Source: Octopus bimaculoides (lineage: Eukaryota). Taken from it: a DNA stretch of 32,138 bases. This document shows positions 1 to 10,730 of the stretch, one piece after another. The notes under the pieces were generated by a model that had not been told where the DNA came from, made no database searches, and saw nothing but the letters and a program-made list of their open reading frames with translations. The number at the start of each line of letters is the position of its first letter. Position 1 is the stretch's first letter. The translations under genes were made by a program, and so were the position numbers. The stretch spans positions 5,000,629 through 5,032,766 of the forward strand of contig NC_069002.1 of the NCBI RefSeq assembly GCF_001194135.2. Direction: 5' to 3'.

Positions 1-36
<36 letters not shown>

Positions 37-760
37 GTGTGTGTGTGTGTGTGTGTGTGTGGGTATATATATATCATCATCATTTAACATCTGTGTTCCA
101 TGTTAGCATGTGTGGCGCATATATATATATATGTATATATATACATATATCTATACATATGTAAATACACACACACACACAAACGCAGACATATACACAA
201 ACAAGTAGTAGAGATAAACACTGAGGACTGATTTGTAATATGTTACAACATCTAGGTCATTGTGTTTTCCTAGTTTATCCATGGTGCTAAGGCAAGTATT
301 TGGAAAATATTTCCTGCTCTTTTCATCATAAAAGACGGACGTAACTTCACACGATAAGCAGTGGTTTTTTAGATGTTAAAGGCTTAGGATAGGCTGCCAT
401 GCTGACCCAATTGCTACCAGAGTCTGATGTACTTATTTGATAAACTACACTATTAACTTATTCAACATTAACATGACGTGTACAGAGTTTTTGTTAGTTC
501 TGTGGCTTGTTGTTGTAGTCAGCCCCGATTGGGAAAACCTAGCATTATAGCATTTCAACTGTGGTTATATCTGGGTTTTTAAATTTTTATTTATAGGTGT
601 CTAGAGTGTCTCATATGTCCTTTTCATTTTTCTTTTGTCTTTATGCAGTCCACTCAGCTAAATGACCAGACATGTTTCTTTATATTTACACACACACACA
701 CACACATACACGCACAAGAATGTAGGCACACACACTAATCTTTCTCTCAGTATGTATACT

Positions 761-819
<59 letters not shown>

Positions 820-820
820 G

Positions 821-950
821 TCTACCATATCCACTCACAAGCCTTTGGTCAACTCAGGGCTATAGAAGACACTTGCTCAAGTGTCTTGTACTATAGCCTT
901 GGGCCAACCAAAGCCTTGTGAGTGGATTTGGTAAACGAAAGAAGCCTGTC
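821..950. mobile_element. Two headless tRNA-SINE bodies fused in inverted orientation
   Basis: A minus copy (821-~878) and a plus copy (~877-950) of the same family as 1754-1909 meet at cacttgctcaagtg. Confidence 0.75.
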
Positions 951-986
<36 letters not shown>

Positions 987-1010
987 ATGTGTATATATAT
1001 ATATATGTAT

Positions 1011-1190
1011 ATCATCATCATCATCATCATCATCATCGTATAACGTCCGCTTTCCATGCTGGCATGGGTTTGACTGAGGACTGGCGAGCCAGATGGCTGC
1101 ACCAGGCTCTAATCTGATCTGGCAATGTTTCTACAGCTGGATGCCCTTCCTAACGCCAACCACTCCGAGAGTGTAGTGGGTGCTTTTACG
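1011..1190 (-). mobile_element. SINE/LINE-tail repeat ending in (GAT)n
   Basis: acagctggatgcccttcctaacgccaacc...gggtgcttttacgt is the reverse complement of 2181-2352. There is a (CAT)n tail at 1011-1037 and a related fragment near 73-110. Confidence 0.7.
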
Positions 1191-1403
1191 TTTGTTTGTC
1201 TGTGTTTGTTCCCCCCACCATCACTTGAGAACCGATGCTGGTGTGTCGACATCTCTGTAACTTAGCGGTTCAGGGAAAAGACACCGATAGAATAAAGTAC
1301 TAGGCTTACAATGTATATGCCCTGTGGTCGATTTGTTCGACTAAAGGCGGTGCTCCAGCATGGTCGCAGTCAAATGACTGAAACAAGTAAAAGAGTAAAA
1401 AGA
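1191..1403 (+). mobile_element. SINE 3' portion
   Basis: gatagaataaagtactaggcttac...gtcgatttgttcgactaaaggcggtgctccagcatggtcgcagtcaaatgactgaaacaagtaaaaga recurs inverted at 20882-20996 and, degenerate, at 6950-7180 and 26770-26820. Confidence 0.7.
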
Positions 1404-1753
1404 ATACAAACAGGCATGTCACAGACATTGCTGGCTTCTCTTTGGGGGTTTAATCGTTAATGTTTAACGAGAGATTAAATATAGAATAGGAAGCCGACAA
1501 TTAGGGAAAAGGCCCAGAGTCTGAGTTGTGAAATTCTCAGTAGGTATTGAGTGGTCGGTGATTAAACATCAAGCAGTGTCTCCTCCATCTTTTCATTCCT
1601 CATGTTTCTCTGTTTGTCAGATCTTACTTTTGGATTTGGTGTCGATTTATTTCCATGACACACATTTGTCCGCCCACACGCACAATGATACATGTACACT
1701 CTGAAACTCAGTACCACATGTTGACATGCACACAATATAGATGCATACATCCT

Positions 1754-1909
1754 TGTGGCTGTGTGGTAAGTAGCTTGCTTCCCCACTACATGGTTCTATG
1801 GGTTCAATCCCACTGCGTGGAACCTTGGGCGAGTGTCATCTAGTATAGCCTTGGGCTGACCAAACCTTTATGAGTGGATTTGGTAGATGGAAACTGAAAG
1901 AAGCTTGTC
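1754..1909 (+). mobile_element. tRNA-derived SINE, near full length
   Basis: A-box-like TGGCTGTGTGG (1756-66) and B-box-like GGTTCAATCCC (1801-11). The body is shared with 821-950, 6145-6200 and 26327-26484. Confidence 0.75.
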
Positions 1910-2180
1910 AAACACACACACATCATGCCATGATTAGTCCACATTACTCCTTAAGGAGTATTGGGTCACTTTCCCAGTTTCTCTGTCGTATGTATCCCCT
2001 ATTCCCCTGCCTGGATAGGATGCTGGTCTGTCACAGGGTTACTCGCTTTCACCAGCTGAGTGGAGTTGAGCAGCATGAAATGTAGTGTTTTGTTTTCGTG
2101 TGTATGCGTCACCTGTTCTAGGAATTGAAACCACGATGCGGATTCCACATGAAAAGCACTGGTGTAGGGGCCACATAAAA

Positions 2181-2352
2181 GGTACTGGGGATGGTGCCAC
2201 GTAAAAAGCACCCAGTATGCTCTATTAAGGGGTTGGTGTTAGGAAGGGCATCCAGCTGTAGGAGCCAAGCCAAAACAGACTATGGAACCTGGTGCTGCCC
2301 CTGGTCTTGTCAGTTCCTGTTAAGTCATCCAACCCATGCCAGCATGGAAAAA
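2181..2352 (+). mobile_element. SINE/LINE-tail repeat (same family as 1011-1190, opposite strand)
   Basis: acgtaaaaagcaccc...ggttggtgttaggaagggcatccagctgta...ccatgccagcatggaaa. Confidence 0.65.
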
Positions 2353-2551
2353 CACTAAGCCAGGCACTTCCACCATATTCTGGCCACAGGATGAATGAAT
2401 ATTTTAACTTCCTCGATTGGTTTATCATTGCTTACCGATGTTTAATCTTGGACTGATTTTGAGTCAGCAAACCTATGCTCAGAATTTCTTCAGCCACGAC
2501 CATCCAGTCTTTTCAGAGGTGTTTTCTCTAGGACTATATCATCATCTAATG

Positions 2552-2803
2552 CAGTGGTTCTCAACCAGGGTCCATGTGGCCCTTGGGGTTCCATATGAGA
2601 TTTATTTGTTAAAATCTATGAGCAATAAGCTACTTATATTTCTACCAGTATACCAAATATTTTAACAATTTTTTTTAATAATAATATTTGATAATAAAAA
2701 TATATAAGCCACTTTTTTTAAAATAGTGAATAGTTATGAGGGTCCAATGGAGCAAAATAGAAATTAAAGGGGTCTATAGGTAAAAAAAAATTGGGAATCA
2801 GTG
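2552..2803. mobile_element. hAT (Charlie-like) MITE, old
   Basis: Left TIR CAGTGGTTCTCAACC and degenerate right end TTGGGAATCAGTG. Flanks atctaatg / atctgata resemble a decayed 8-bp nTCTAGAn-type target duplication. Confidence 0.6.
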
Positions 2804-2920
2804 ATCTGATATATTCTTCCTTCCTCATTTAAGACAATGGGGTTTGAGTTGGGTGAGTTTGGCTGCTATTTCTAGCAGGTCAGATGACCACTTTGAGGCT
2901 TTGTCATTGTATCAGTATTT

Positions 2921-2954
<34 letters not shown>

Positions 2955-4290
2955 ACTTTCAGGAAAGTGTCATTAAGAAGGAGGTCATCCAAATATGTAC
3001 ATACTTGTCCTGGGGCGTTTGTTTCCGTGTTTTGAGTTGTGGAGAAATGTGGGGTGGGAAGGGTCGAGAAAGAGAGAGAGAGAGAGATTGTTCTATTGTT
3101 TGTTGAGACATGAAAACAATGGCGATGAAGGGAGACAGTGACCGCCGAAGACATTGGTGATGACGATAATGACTAACGACGAGGAGACGACAACGATGAC
3201 ATTGAGGTTTAGGTTGAACAGTTTAAAGAATGTCTGTCTGTGTGTAGCTATAAGATTAGCGTCCAGCCTTACCACGTTCACCACTGATAATGCATACATA
3301 CATACATACACACACACACACATAAATATATATANNNNNNNNNNNNNNNNNNNNNNNNNNNNNNNNNNNNNNNNNNNNNNNNNNNNNNNNNNNNNNNNNN
3401 NNNNNNNNNNNNNNNNNNNNNNNNNNNNNNNNNNNNNNNNNNNNNNNNNNNNNNNNNNNNNNNNNNNNNNNNNNNNNNNNNNNNNNNNNNNNNNNNNNNN
3501 NNNNNNNNNNNNNNNNNNNNNNNNNNNNNNNNNNNNNNNNNNNNNNNNNNNNNNNNNNNNNNNNNNNNNNNNNNNNNNNNNNNNNNNNNNNNNNNNNNNN
3601 NNNNNNNNNNNNNNNNNNNNNNNNNNNNNNNNNNNNNNNNNNNNNNNNNNNNNNNNNNNNNNNNNNNNNNNNNNNNNNNNNNNNNNNNNNNNNNNNNNNN
3701 NNNNNNNNNNNNNNNNNNNNNNNNNNNNNNNNNNNNNNNNNNNNNNNNNNNNNNNNNNNNNNNNNNNNNNNNNNNNNNNNNNNNNNNNNNNNNNNNNNNN
3801 NNNNNNNNNNNNNNNNNNNNNNNNNNNNNNNNNNNNNNNNNNNNNNNNNNNNNNNNNNNNNNNNNNNNNNNNNNNNNNNNNNNNNNNNNNNNNNNNNNNN
3901 NNNNNNNNNNNNNNNNNNNNNNNNNNNNNNNNNNNNNNNNNNNNNNNNNNNNNNNNNNNNNNNNNNGTTTGAATTTGGTAGGCGGAAGTTACTGCCGTGT
4001 GTGTATACGTCTGTGTATGTGCTTGTGCCTCTCTCCCAGAGAGTGAGAGGGGGATATATATATATATAAACAATATATGAGTATATGCATATATATGTAC
4101 ATGTATGTACATGCCTTCATCTACATGTACATATAGATACATATCTGGGTACATGACGTTGCAAAAGAACATGGACAAAATGATAAACAAGGTACAACAA
4201 ACAAGCAGGCCACATAGAGAACATATCCTTCATCAGCTGCCCCCATTCTAACACTCATACATACATGCATACACACATACATATATACAT

Positions 4291-4334
<44 letters not shown>

Positions 4335-4407
4335 TCAGCAGTTGATATCCAGAGATTTTGGGTATAGAAAGCACTTAATAGGGTTCAAATGATTCAAAAC
4401 TAAACTT

Positions 4408-4472
4408 CAATGGTAGGGAGTAGTCTGAGGTAGATTCCAGAGAAATCTCCCTCAGACTACTCCCTACCATTG
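4408..4472. repeat. 65-nt near-perfect hairpin
   Basis: caatggtagggagtagtctgagg / cctcagactactccctaccattg (23 bp perfect), one mismatch, then agatt/aatct and a 7-nt loop. Confidence 0.9.
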
Positions 4473-4659
4473 TAGCAGAAAGCATGTTGAATAATGTAGT
4501 CATGGATTCCCTACACAGCCATTTGTTGATCTGCTAAGTGACAGGCACGTAAACAAACACACACATTATAGAATTCCACACATTTTCTATCTGCCATATT
4601 GACTCACAAAATATTCGGGCAGCTCTGAGATATAGTAAGAGATGCTTGCCCAAGGTGCG

Positions 4660-4940
4660 TGTTTCAGTGTCTGGCTCACAAGTACGAGATAGTGAGTTTG
4701 ATTCCTGGACTGGGCTGTATGTTGTGTTCTTGAGCAAGTCACTTTATTTCACATTGCTCCACTTCACTTAACTGTAGAAATGAGTTGCGACATGTATCAA
4801 ACTATATTGGCCTTTGCCTATCCCTTGGATAGCATCGGTGGCACAGAGGCTGGTATGCATGGGTGACCGCTGGTCTTTCACAAACAACCTTGCCTGGACT
4901 TGTGTCTCAGAAGATAAATTTCATGGTCATTCATGACTGA
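4660..4940 (+). mobile_element. Old tRNA-derived SINE
   Basis: B-box-like GTTTGATTCC near 4697, followed by gttgtgttcttgagcaagtcactttatttcacattgctcca, a recurrent SINE central-domain pattern. Confidence 0.5.
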
Positions 4941-5075
4941 AGGGATCTTTACCTGCTTGCCCAAGGCGCTATGCAGTGGGGCTGATGGGACTGAACCTGA
5001 AACCGCATGCTTACGAAGCATGGTTTGCTAATTCTTTTTGCCTTATCGTTTTCTTGTTTCACTTTCTCTTTCCAG

Positions 5076-5460
5076 TCGAAAGCATGGGTGATGAAACGCT
5101 GTACATTGTATGACAAGAGCAACAACTCTCCGGCAATACTTGAGATTGGAGAGGACTCAAAGAGCAAAGATGCGAGCAAGAAATCCTACATGTTAGAGAA
5201 TGTCCAGTCGATACACATGGGAATCTTCAAGTCAAAGAGTTTCCAGGTGATGATCCACAGCAAAAGTTTCAAGCTTCTCTTCTTGGTTGAAACGGAAGAG
5301 GAAGCCGACAGTTGGGTGAAGCATTTGAAGGAGGTGTCCTTATGGGAGGATACAAAGAAGAAGAAAAAGCGGTCTGTGTCACCTGATGCTCGATCAAGCG
5401 TGACTGATGACAGTGACTTTGAGAGTTGTGATAATTCAGATATCTATGAATCTTATGAAG
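5076..5460 (+). CDS. DOK: DOK-family docking protein (PH + IRS-type PTB), internal coding exon encoding most of the PH domain
   Basis: Acceptor ttctctttccAG at 5074-75 and donor GTaagg at 5461. Translates SKAWVMKRCTLYDKS...FQVMIHSKSFKLLFLVETEEEADSWVKHLKEV, which has the PH C-terminal helix pattern (E..W...L). The exon ends in phase 1, matching the next exon. The upstream exon carrying the start codon was not identified. Confidence 0.85.
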
Positions 5461-5525
5461 GTAAGGTAGCATTTTATGGCAGTGAGGGGGTCACCTCTTT
5501 CACTCCCTCTCTGTCTTTCTCCCTT

Positions 5526-5583
<58 letters not shown>

Positions 5584-5714
5584 TAAAATTATTATTTCTA
5601 AATCTCTGCATGAGAGACATTCAGTCACAGTACTCTAGAGTAAAGATTATTTGCCAACATAATGTCGCAGTCCTGGTTAGGACAGTTGTTACTGTTATTT
5701 AGCGCCAGGAAACA

Positions 5715-6140
5715 TTGTCAGGAAACTATGGTACAGATTCTTTTCGCTCGATTATAAGGTATATTAATTTTTATGTGTTTGGGGTGTCATGAGTTGAATA
5801 ATAGGTATTGTTTTGAATCTGTGGGTTTATAGAAGATGTCTGTTTCGATGTGGTTATTGACTATTTTAATTAGGATGTCAAGAAAAGAGAGTTGCTTGTT
5901 GCTGTGTTCCATGGTGGATTATTTGTTGCTGTTGATATTGTTGAGCATTATTTTGAAATCGAGGAGTTTGTCCATGCTATCTTTCCAAAGTATAAAGCAA
6001 TTATCTAAATACCTCTTCCAGTTCTCCTTTAAATGCCAATGAAATGAGGTGCCATATTTTTGTAGTGATGATTGATATATTTTAAGTTCTGGGTAACCCA
6101 TTACAAGGTTCGCAATCACTCGAGCAGCTCGAGTTCCCAT
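5715..6140 (-). mobile_element. Penelope-like element (PLE) reverse-transcriptase fragment, decayed, in the DOK intron
   Basis: MGTRAARVIANLVMGYPE...WKRYLDNCFILW, then after a frameshift TMEHSNKQLSFLDILIK...TDIFYKPTDSKQYLLFNS*HPKHIKINIP...RICTIVS. These match PLE RT motifs MGT...AN..M, RY.DD.F..W, L.FLD and KPT...YL...S.HP. In-frame stops are present. Confidence 0.85.
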
Positions 6141-6949
6141 TGCTTCAGGCTGACCAAAGCCTTGTGAGTGGATTTGGTAGATGGAAACTGAAAGAAGACT
6201 GTTATATGTATATATATNNNNNNNNNNNNNNNNNNNNNNNNNNNNNNNNNNNNNNNNNNNNNNNNNNNNNNNNNNNNNNNNNNNNNNNNNNNNNNNNNNN
6301 NNNNNNNNNNNNNNNNNNNNNNNNNNNNNNNNNNNNNNNNNNNNNNNNNNNNNNNNNNNNNNNNNNNNNNNNNNNNNNNNNNNNNNNNNNNNNNNNNNNN
6401 NNNNNNNNNNNNNNNNNNNNNNNNNNNNNNNNNNNNNNNNNNNNNNNNNNNNNNNNNNNNNNNNNNNNNNNNNNNNNNNNNNNNNNNNNNNNNNNNNNNN
6501 NNNNNNNNNNNNNNNNNNNNNNNNNNNNNNNNNNNNNNNNNNNNNNNNNNNNNNNNNNNNNNNNNNNNNNNNNNNNNNNNNNNNNNNNNNNNNNNNNNNN
6601 NNNNNNNNNNNNNNNNNNNNNNNNNNNNNNNNNNNNNNNNNNNNNNNNNNNNNNNNNNNNNNNNNNNNNNNNNNNNNNNNNNNNNNNNNNNNNNNNNNNN
6701 NNNNNNNNNNNNNNNNNNNNNNNNNNNNNNNNNNNNNNNNNNNNNNNNNNNNNNNNNNNNNNNNNNNNNNNNNNNNNNNNNNNNNNNNNNNNNNNNNNNN
6801 NNNNNNNNNNNNNNNNNNNNNNNNNNNNNNNNNNNNNNNNNNNNNNNNNNNNNNNNNNNNNNNNNNNNNNNNNNNNNNNNNNNNNNNNNNNNNNNNNNNN
6901 NNNNNNNNNNNNNNNNNNNNNNNAAAGAATATGTATGTATATTTGCATA

Positions 6950-7180
6950 TATCTATGTGTGCCTGTCTTTGTGTTCGTGGCTGCTCCCGCCACAGTTTGT
7001 CAACCTATGTTGGTTCGTTTGTGTCCCTGTAATTGAACAGTCCATCAAAAGACACCAATAGACTAAGTAGCTGGCTTTAAGAAAACAGAAGTACTTGGGT
7101 TGAACTGTTTGGCTAAAAAAACGAAAAGGTCTTTTGAGTGGGTCCAGTCACATGACTGAAACAAAAAAAAAAAAAAAAAA
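6950..7180 (+). mobile_element. SINE 3' portion with poly(A) tail, about 46 nt upstream of the DOK last-exon acceptor
   Basis: Degenerate match to 1191-1403, ending gtcacatgactgaaac(A)n. Confidence 0.55.
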
Positions 7181-7226
7181 TGTCTCATGTTATTTTATTT
7201 TATTTTTTTTCCTTTTTTATTTGCAG

Positions 7227-8209
7227 CTGCCTATTTTGATGTTGAAGTTATCAAATCTGATGTGTCTGTTCGATGTAATTTATCTGGAAGTTACTCTTTG
7301 CTGCTTTCCAAATCTAGCATCTCACTACTCAACAAAAACAGACAAATAACTTATTATGAATGGCCTTACCGATATATCAGGCGTTACGGTAAAACTGCTA
7401 ATTCCTTTACATTTGAAGCTGGTCGGAAATGTCAATCGGGTGAAGGTAATTTCCAGTTTAAAACTACTCCTGGTCAAGGCCCTGTTATTTTTGAGAATGT
7501 TGCTCTGCTCGTTAGTTTAATTAAACCCATTCATAGTGACGCCTCAGCTCCGAAGAGTCCTGATGTTAGGATACTGTGTTATAAAGAGGAGCTAGAGAGG
7601 GTAATTTCTAACCAGATTAACCCGAAATCGATGTTGAACAAAACTGGTAAGTTAGAGGCTGAATTTTCTAATTCTGATGAAAACGTGCATGAATCTGTTC
7701 CGATGCCATTGAACAAAAACACAACCAGTGCTTATTCGAATATTAACAAAGACGAAAATGAATACTCGCTTTTGGATTTACAATATGAAGTGGTTCCGAT
7801 TACAAACACAAAATTTGCGAAGGACGACAATGACTATGAGAGCTTTGCCGAAAACACAAAGCCTGACTCAAATGAAAGCGAATACGAGTGCTTGACTGTT
7901 TCCGCATCACAGGATAACAACGCATTCAAGATGTACGATCATTTGAATTTCTACAATATGTGCAAGGAGGAACCAGAAGCGAATAAGGAAAAATTCAAAA
8001 CATGGGACTATGAAACTCTTAATAATGTTAAAAAAAATTCTGAAGAATTAGAAAGTCAATATTCTGAACTGATGTCATTTGACAAATGTTATTCGGAGCC
8101 GATTAAGGATTCTATAGTTGCTGCTCAACAACCTGAGACTGCGCAGAAACCAGAAGTGAAACCAGTGTCTATCTCGGACTATCAAGTATGTCAGTACAAA
8201 CAAAATTGA
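7227..8209 (+). CDS. DOK: DOK-family docking protein, last coding exon: IRS-type PTB domain plus Tyr-rich tail
   Basis: Long polypyrimidine tract with tttgcAG at 7225-26; G|CT completes the phase-1 codon. EWPYRYIRRYGKTANSFTFEAGRKCQSGEGNFQF is the DOK/FRS2/IRS PTB signature (WP...RRYG...F.FEAGR.C..GEG.F.F). Stop TGA at 8207-09. The exact DOK paralogue is not assignable. Confidence 0.9.
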
Positions 8210-8210
8210 A

Positions 8211-8232
8211 AATAAATAGATAAATGAATAAA
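8211..8232 (+). terminator. Candidate polyadenylation signals of the DOK gene
   Basis: AATAAA at 8211-16 and 8227-32, just after the stop codon. The region is A-rich, so these could be chance matches. Confidence 0.35.
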
Positions 8233-8707
8233 ATTACAAAAACAGTAATACATAAATCACTGCAAAAATATGAAAAAAAAAAAAAAAGGACAAAGAAAAG
8301 ATTGATAACAAGAAAAACAACAACAATGATAATATAACAATTAGCCAATGAGAGGACCTCTGCAAGGTCAGATGACCTGCTGGAAATTGTAGTCAAATAC
8401 TATTTTCTCATCTTATGATGGGAAGGACACATTGGATAATATAGTTTGAGTTGCATTATTGTTTTTAATGTTTCAGTCGTTGGACTGTGGCTAAGCTGGA
8501 GCAGCGTGAAGAACAAATAGAGAAAAAAAAAATTAACAAAAACTTTAAACAAAAAAAAAAACCCAACACAAAATAGGATGTTCACATTTAGATTGCTTTT
8601 GATCATAAATGTGCTTTGACGGGACTGACTCAGAGATTAACTACAACAACTACAATAATATATCCTAATAATAATGGTTGTATAAATCAAGTGAGATTGA
8701 GAGAGAA

Positions 8708-8738
<31 letters not shown>

Positions 8739-9200
8739 AAGAGTGAGAGAGAGAAAGAGAAGATGAAGGAGAAGGAGCATTAGTGTAAAGTGGTTTTAAG
8801 CAGGTATTGAAACCGGGATTTGGAATCAGCTTCACACTTGCTTGTCTTTTAATAATGGTGATAATGATGGTGATAATGATGATGATGATGATGATGGTTT
8901 TTGACATAACTGCAAGGTCCCAGTCAACTGTATCCACCACACTATATAACTGGTATTTGAATTTATTTATCAAACTCCTTTTGGGAAAAATGAAACGGTG
9001 AGTTGACTGTGGCAGGATTTGAACTCAGAACCTAAAGAGCCAAAATAAAAACCCAAATGCATTTTGTTTTATTTTGCCTCGCCAATGCACTTAAAAATTG
9101 TTTTCCATATTTAGATACAAAGCTAAGACGGCAAGCTGGTGGAATCATTAGCACGCCAGCCAAAATGCTTAGAGTTCAAATTCTACTATATACATACATA

Positions 9201-9417
9201 CTAGGGGTGCTGAAAAGTTCCTGGCTTTGGGTAAAAGAAAATACAGGAGGATCAGTTAATTATGATTTTAATCAACATATTCCCCTCTCAGATTCACACA
9301 CTCATTGCAGCAGTCCTTCAGTTTTTCTAAACCTTGTAATAGAACTCGGAAGGTTGGGGCCTCCAACCAGGCCTTTCGCAATACCGTCAGAGCCAGAAAC
9401 TTTTCAGCACACTCTTG
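9201..9417 (-). mobile_element. Mariner-derived MITE (217 bp)
   Basis: Imperfect TIRs of about 27 bp (ctaggggtgctgaaaagttcctggct / agccagaaacttttcagcacactcttg) flanked by TA on both sides. Internally it keeps a mariner transposase C-terminus GLEKLKDCCNECVNLRGEYVD* on the minus strand. Confidence 0.85.
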
Positions 9418-10135
9418 TACATATATTTTGATCAAACAGATTTCAGAAAAGCTGGTGTTGGTCCGCACTGGCAAGACTTATATCGATTAAAAAAGCATTG
9501 CACATAATCGCCATTGGTAGTGGAAAATCCAGCTTTTCAGAAGTAAAAAAACTGCTGTCTCAAATTACTTTTTCTCCTTTCAATTTTTCTCTGAAGAAGG
9601 ATTCTTCTGTCCAAGATGTTGGATTTTCCACTTCCCATGAGAAGTTAACTATACTCTCTTCGTTATCGATTTTATTCTGCTTATATATCATCATCATCAT
9701 TATTGTTTTTGTCCACCTTTCATGCTGGCATATATTTATATATATATATATATATATATAAATATATACATATAACAAAAGAGGGGGTGTATTTCCACAG
9801 GAAAAGTATACGAAAATTTGTTGTTGAAAATGCACCTAAATTTGAAAAAAAGAACCAATTACAAGCTTTTCAAACTTAGGTACATTTTCCTATGTGTGTG
9901 TGTGTGTGTATATAAACACACACATGTATGTATGTACGTATGTATATGTACATGTATGTATGTATATGTATATATATAAAAATATACAAGGTGTAAAGAT
10001 ACTGGAGATTCAGTATACACCAAGTGGCGAAATTATGAGTTGAAAATATGTAGGAAAAAAATATGAAAAGTAGAAGAGAAATGCCTTCGTTTCATATAGT
10101 TTAATATCTTTTTATAAATATATACATATTATATG

Positions 10136-10184
10136 AATGTCCCAACAGGTTTTCGCTATTTAAATTAGCTTTTCAAGGGACATT
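10136..10184 (-). ncRNA. Degenerate type I hammerhead ribozyme motif in the PLE 3' region
   Basis: aatgtccc-TTGAAAA-gcta(atttaaa)tagc-GAAA-acctgtt-gggacatt. Stem I is 8 bp and stem II 4 bp. The core differs from CUGANGA at two positions and stem III is minimal or damaged. Confidence 0.5.
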
Positions 10185-10402
10185 GTACAGTAATCAGTTC
10201 TCATGACAAAGGGGTTTCGTCATCTTGGAATTTTGAAGAATAAGAATGCATCTAGAGNNNNNNNNNNGTAATCAGTTCTCATGACAAAGGGGTTTCGTCA
10301 TCTTGGAATTTTGAAGAATAAGAATGCATCTAGAGAGTGAACCAAGGGAAGCAACAGGTGGCAAGGGGGACAACTGGCTCCTTAGTATAATTTTTAAAAT
10401 GA

Positions 10403-10730
10403 TCAAATTTGTATATTGAGGTGTGGTCTGTACTTTTGTATGAACAGGTTTTCCTTGTTTAGGCGTTTTTGTACTGAGATTGAATCTTTGCATTGGTATA
10501 ATGGGAAGATATGGAAATTCGGCGTTTTATTACTTGCACATCTGTCGATATGTCTGCTCAGTGCTATCTGCCTGTATTGAGGGAAACATCTGTTCTTTAT
10601 GCAGCGTGACTCTGTGTCTCAAAGTAAGGTTTGTTTGGCCCACATAATTGTGACCATAACCTGAGCAGGTTAGGACATAGATAAGGTTCTGGGAAGCACA
10701 TGTGAAGTTGGTCTTAATTGAGAATGGATT
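10403..10730 (-). mobile_element. PLE GIY-YIG endonuclease fragment, decayed
   Basis: KTNFTCASQNLIYVLTCSGYGHNYVGQTNLTLRHRVTLHKEQ, frameshift, then PQYRQIALSRHIDRC...RLNKENLFIQKYRPHLNIQI*. This has the NLIY...YVGQT...R...H GIY-YIG pattern of PLEs. The putative 3' UTR continues to about 10100. Confidence 0.8.

Noticed and set aside
2955-3290. Candidates for the missing DOK first coding exon (cag|GAAAGTGTCATTAAG..., ATGAAAACAATGGCG...)
   Set aside because: No combination gives a PH beta-1 motif with a phase-0 donor. The exon is probably upstream of the window or in gap 3335-3966.
4180-4245. Minus-strand CTGATGA-agg...cct, like a hammerhead first half
   Set aside because: The GAAA box is absent (gctt instead) and no stems I or III can be formed.
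10190-10335. Exact 68-bp direct repeat (10190-10257 and 10268-10335), tempting as a PLE pseudo-LTR
   Set aside because: The copies are identical and flank a 10-N gap, the typical signature of an unmerged contig overlap.
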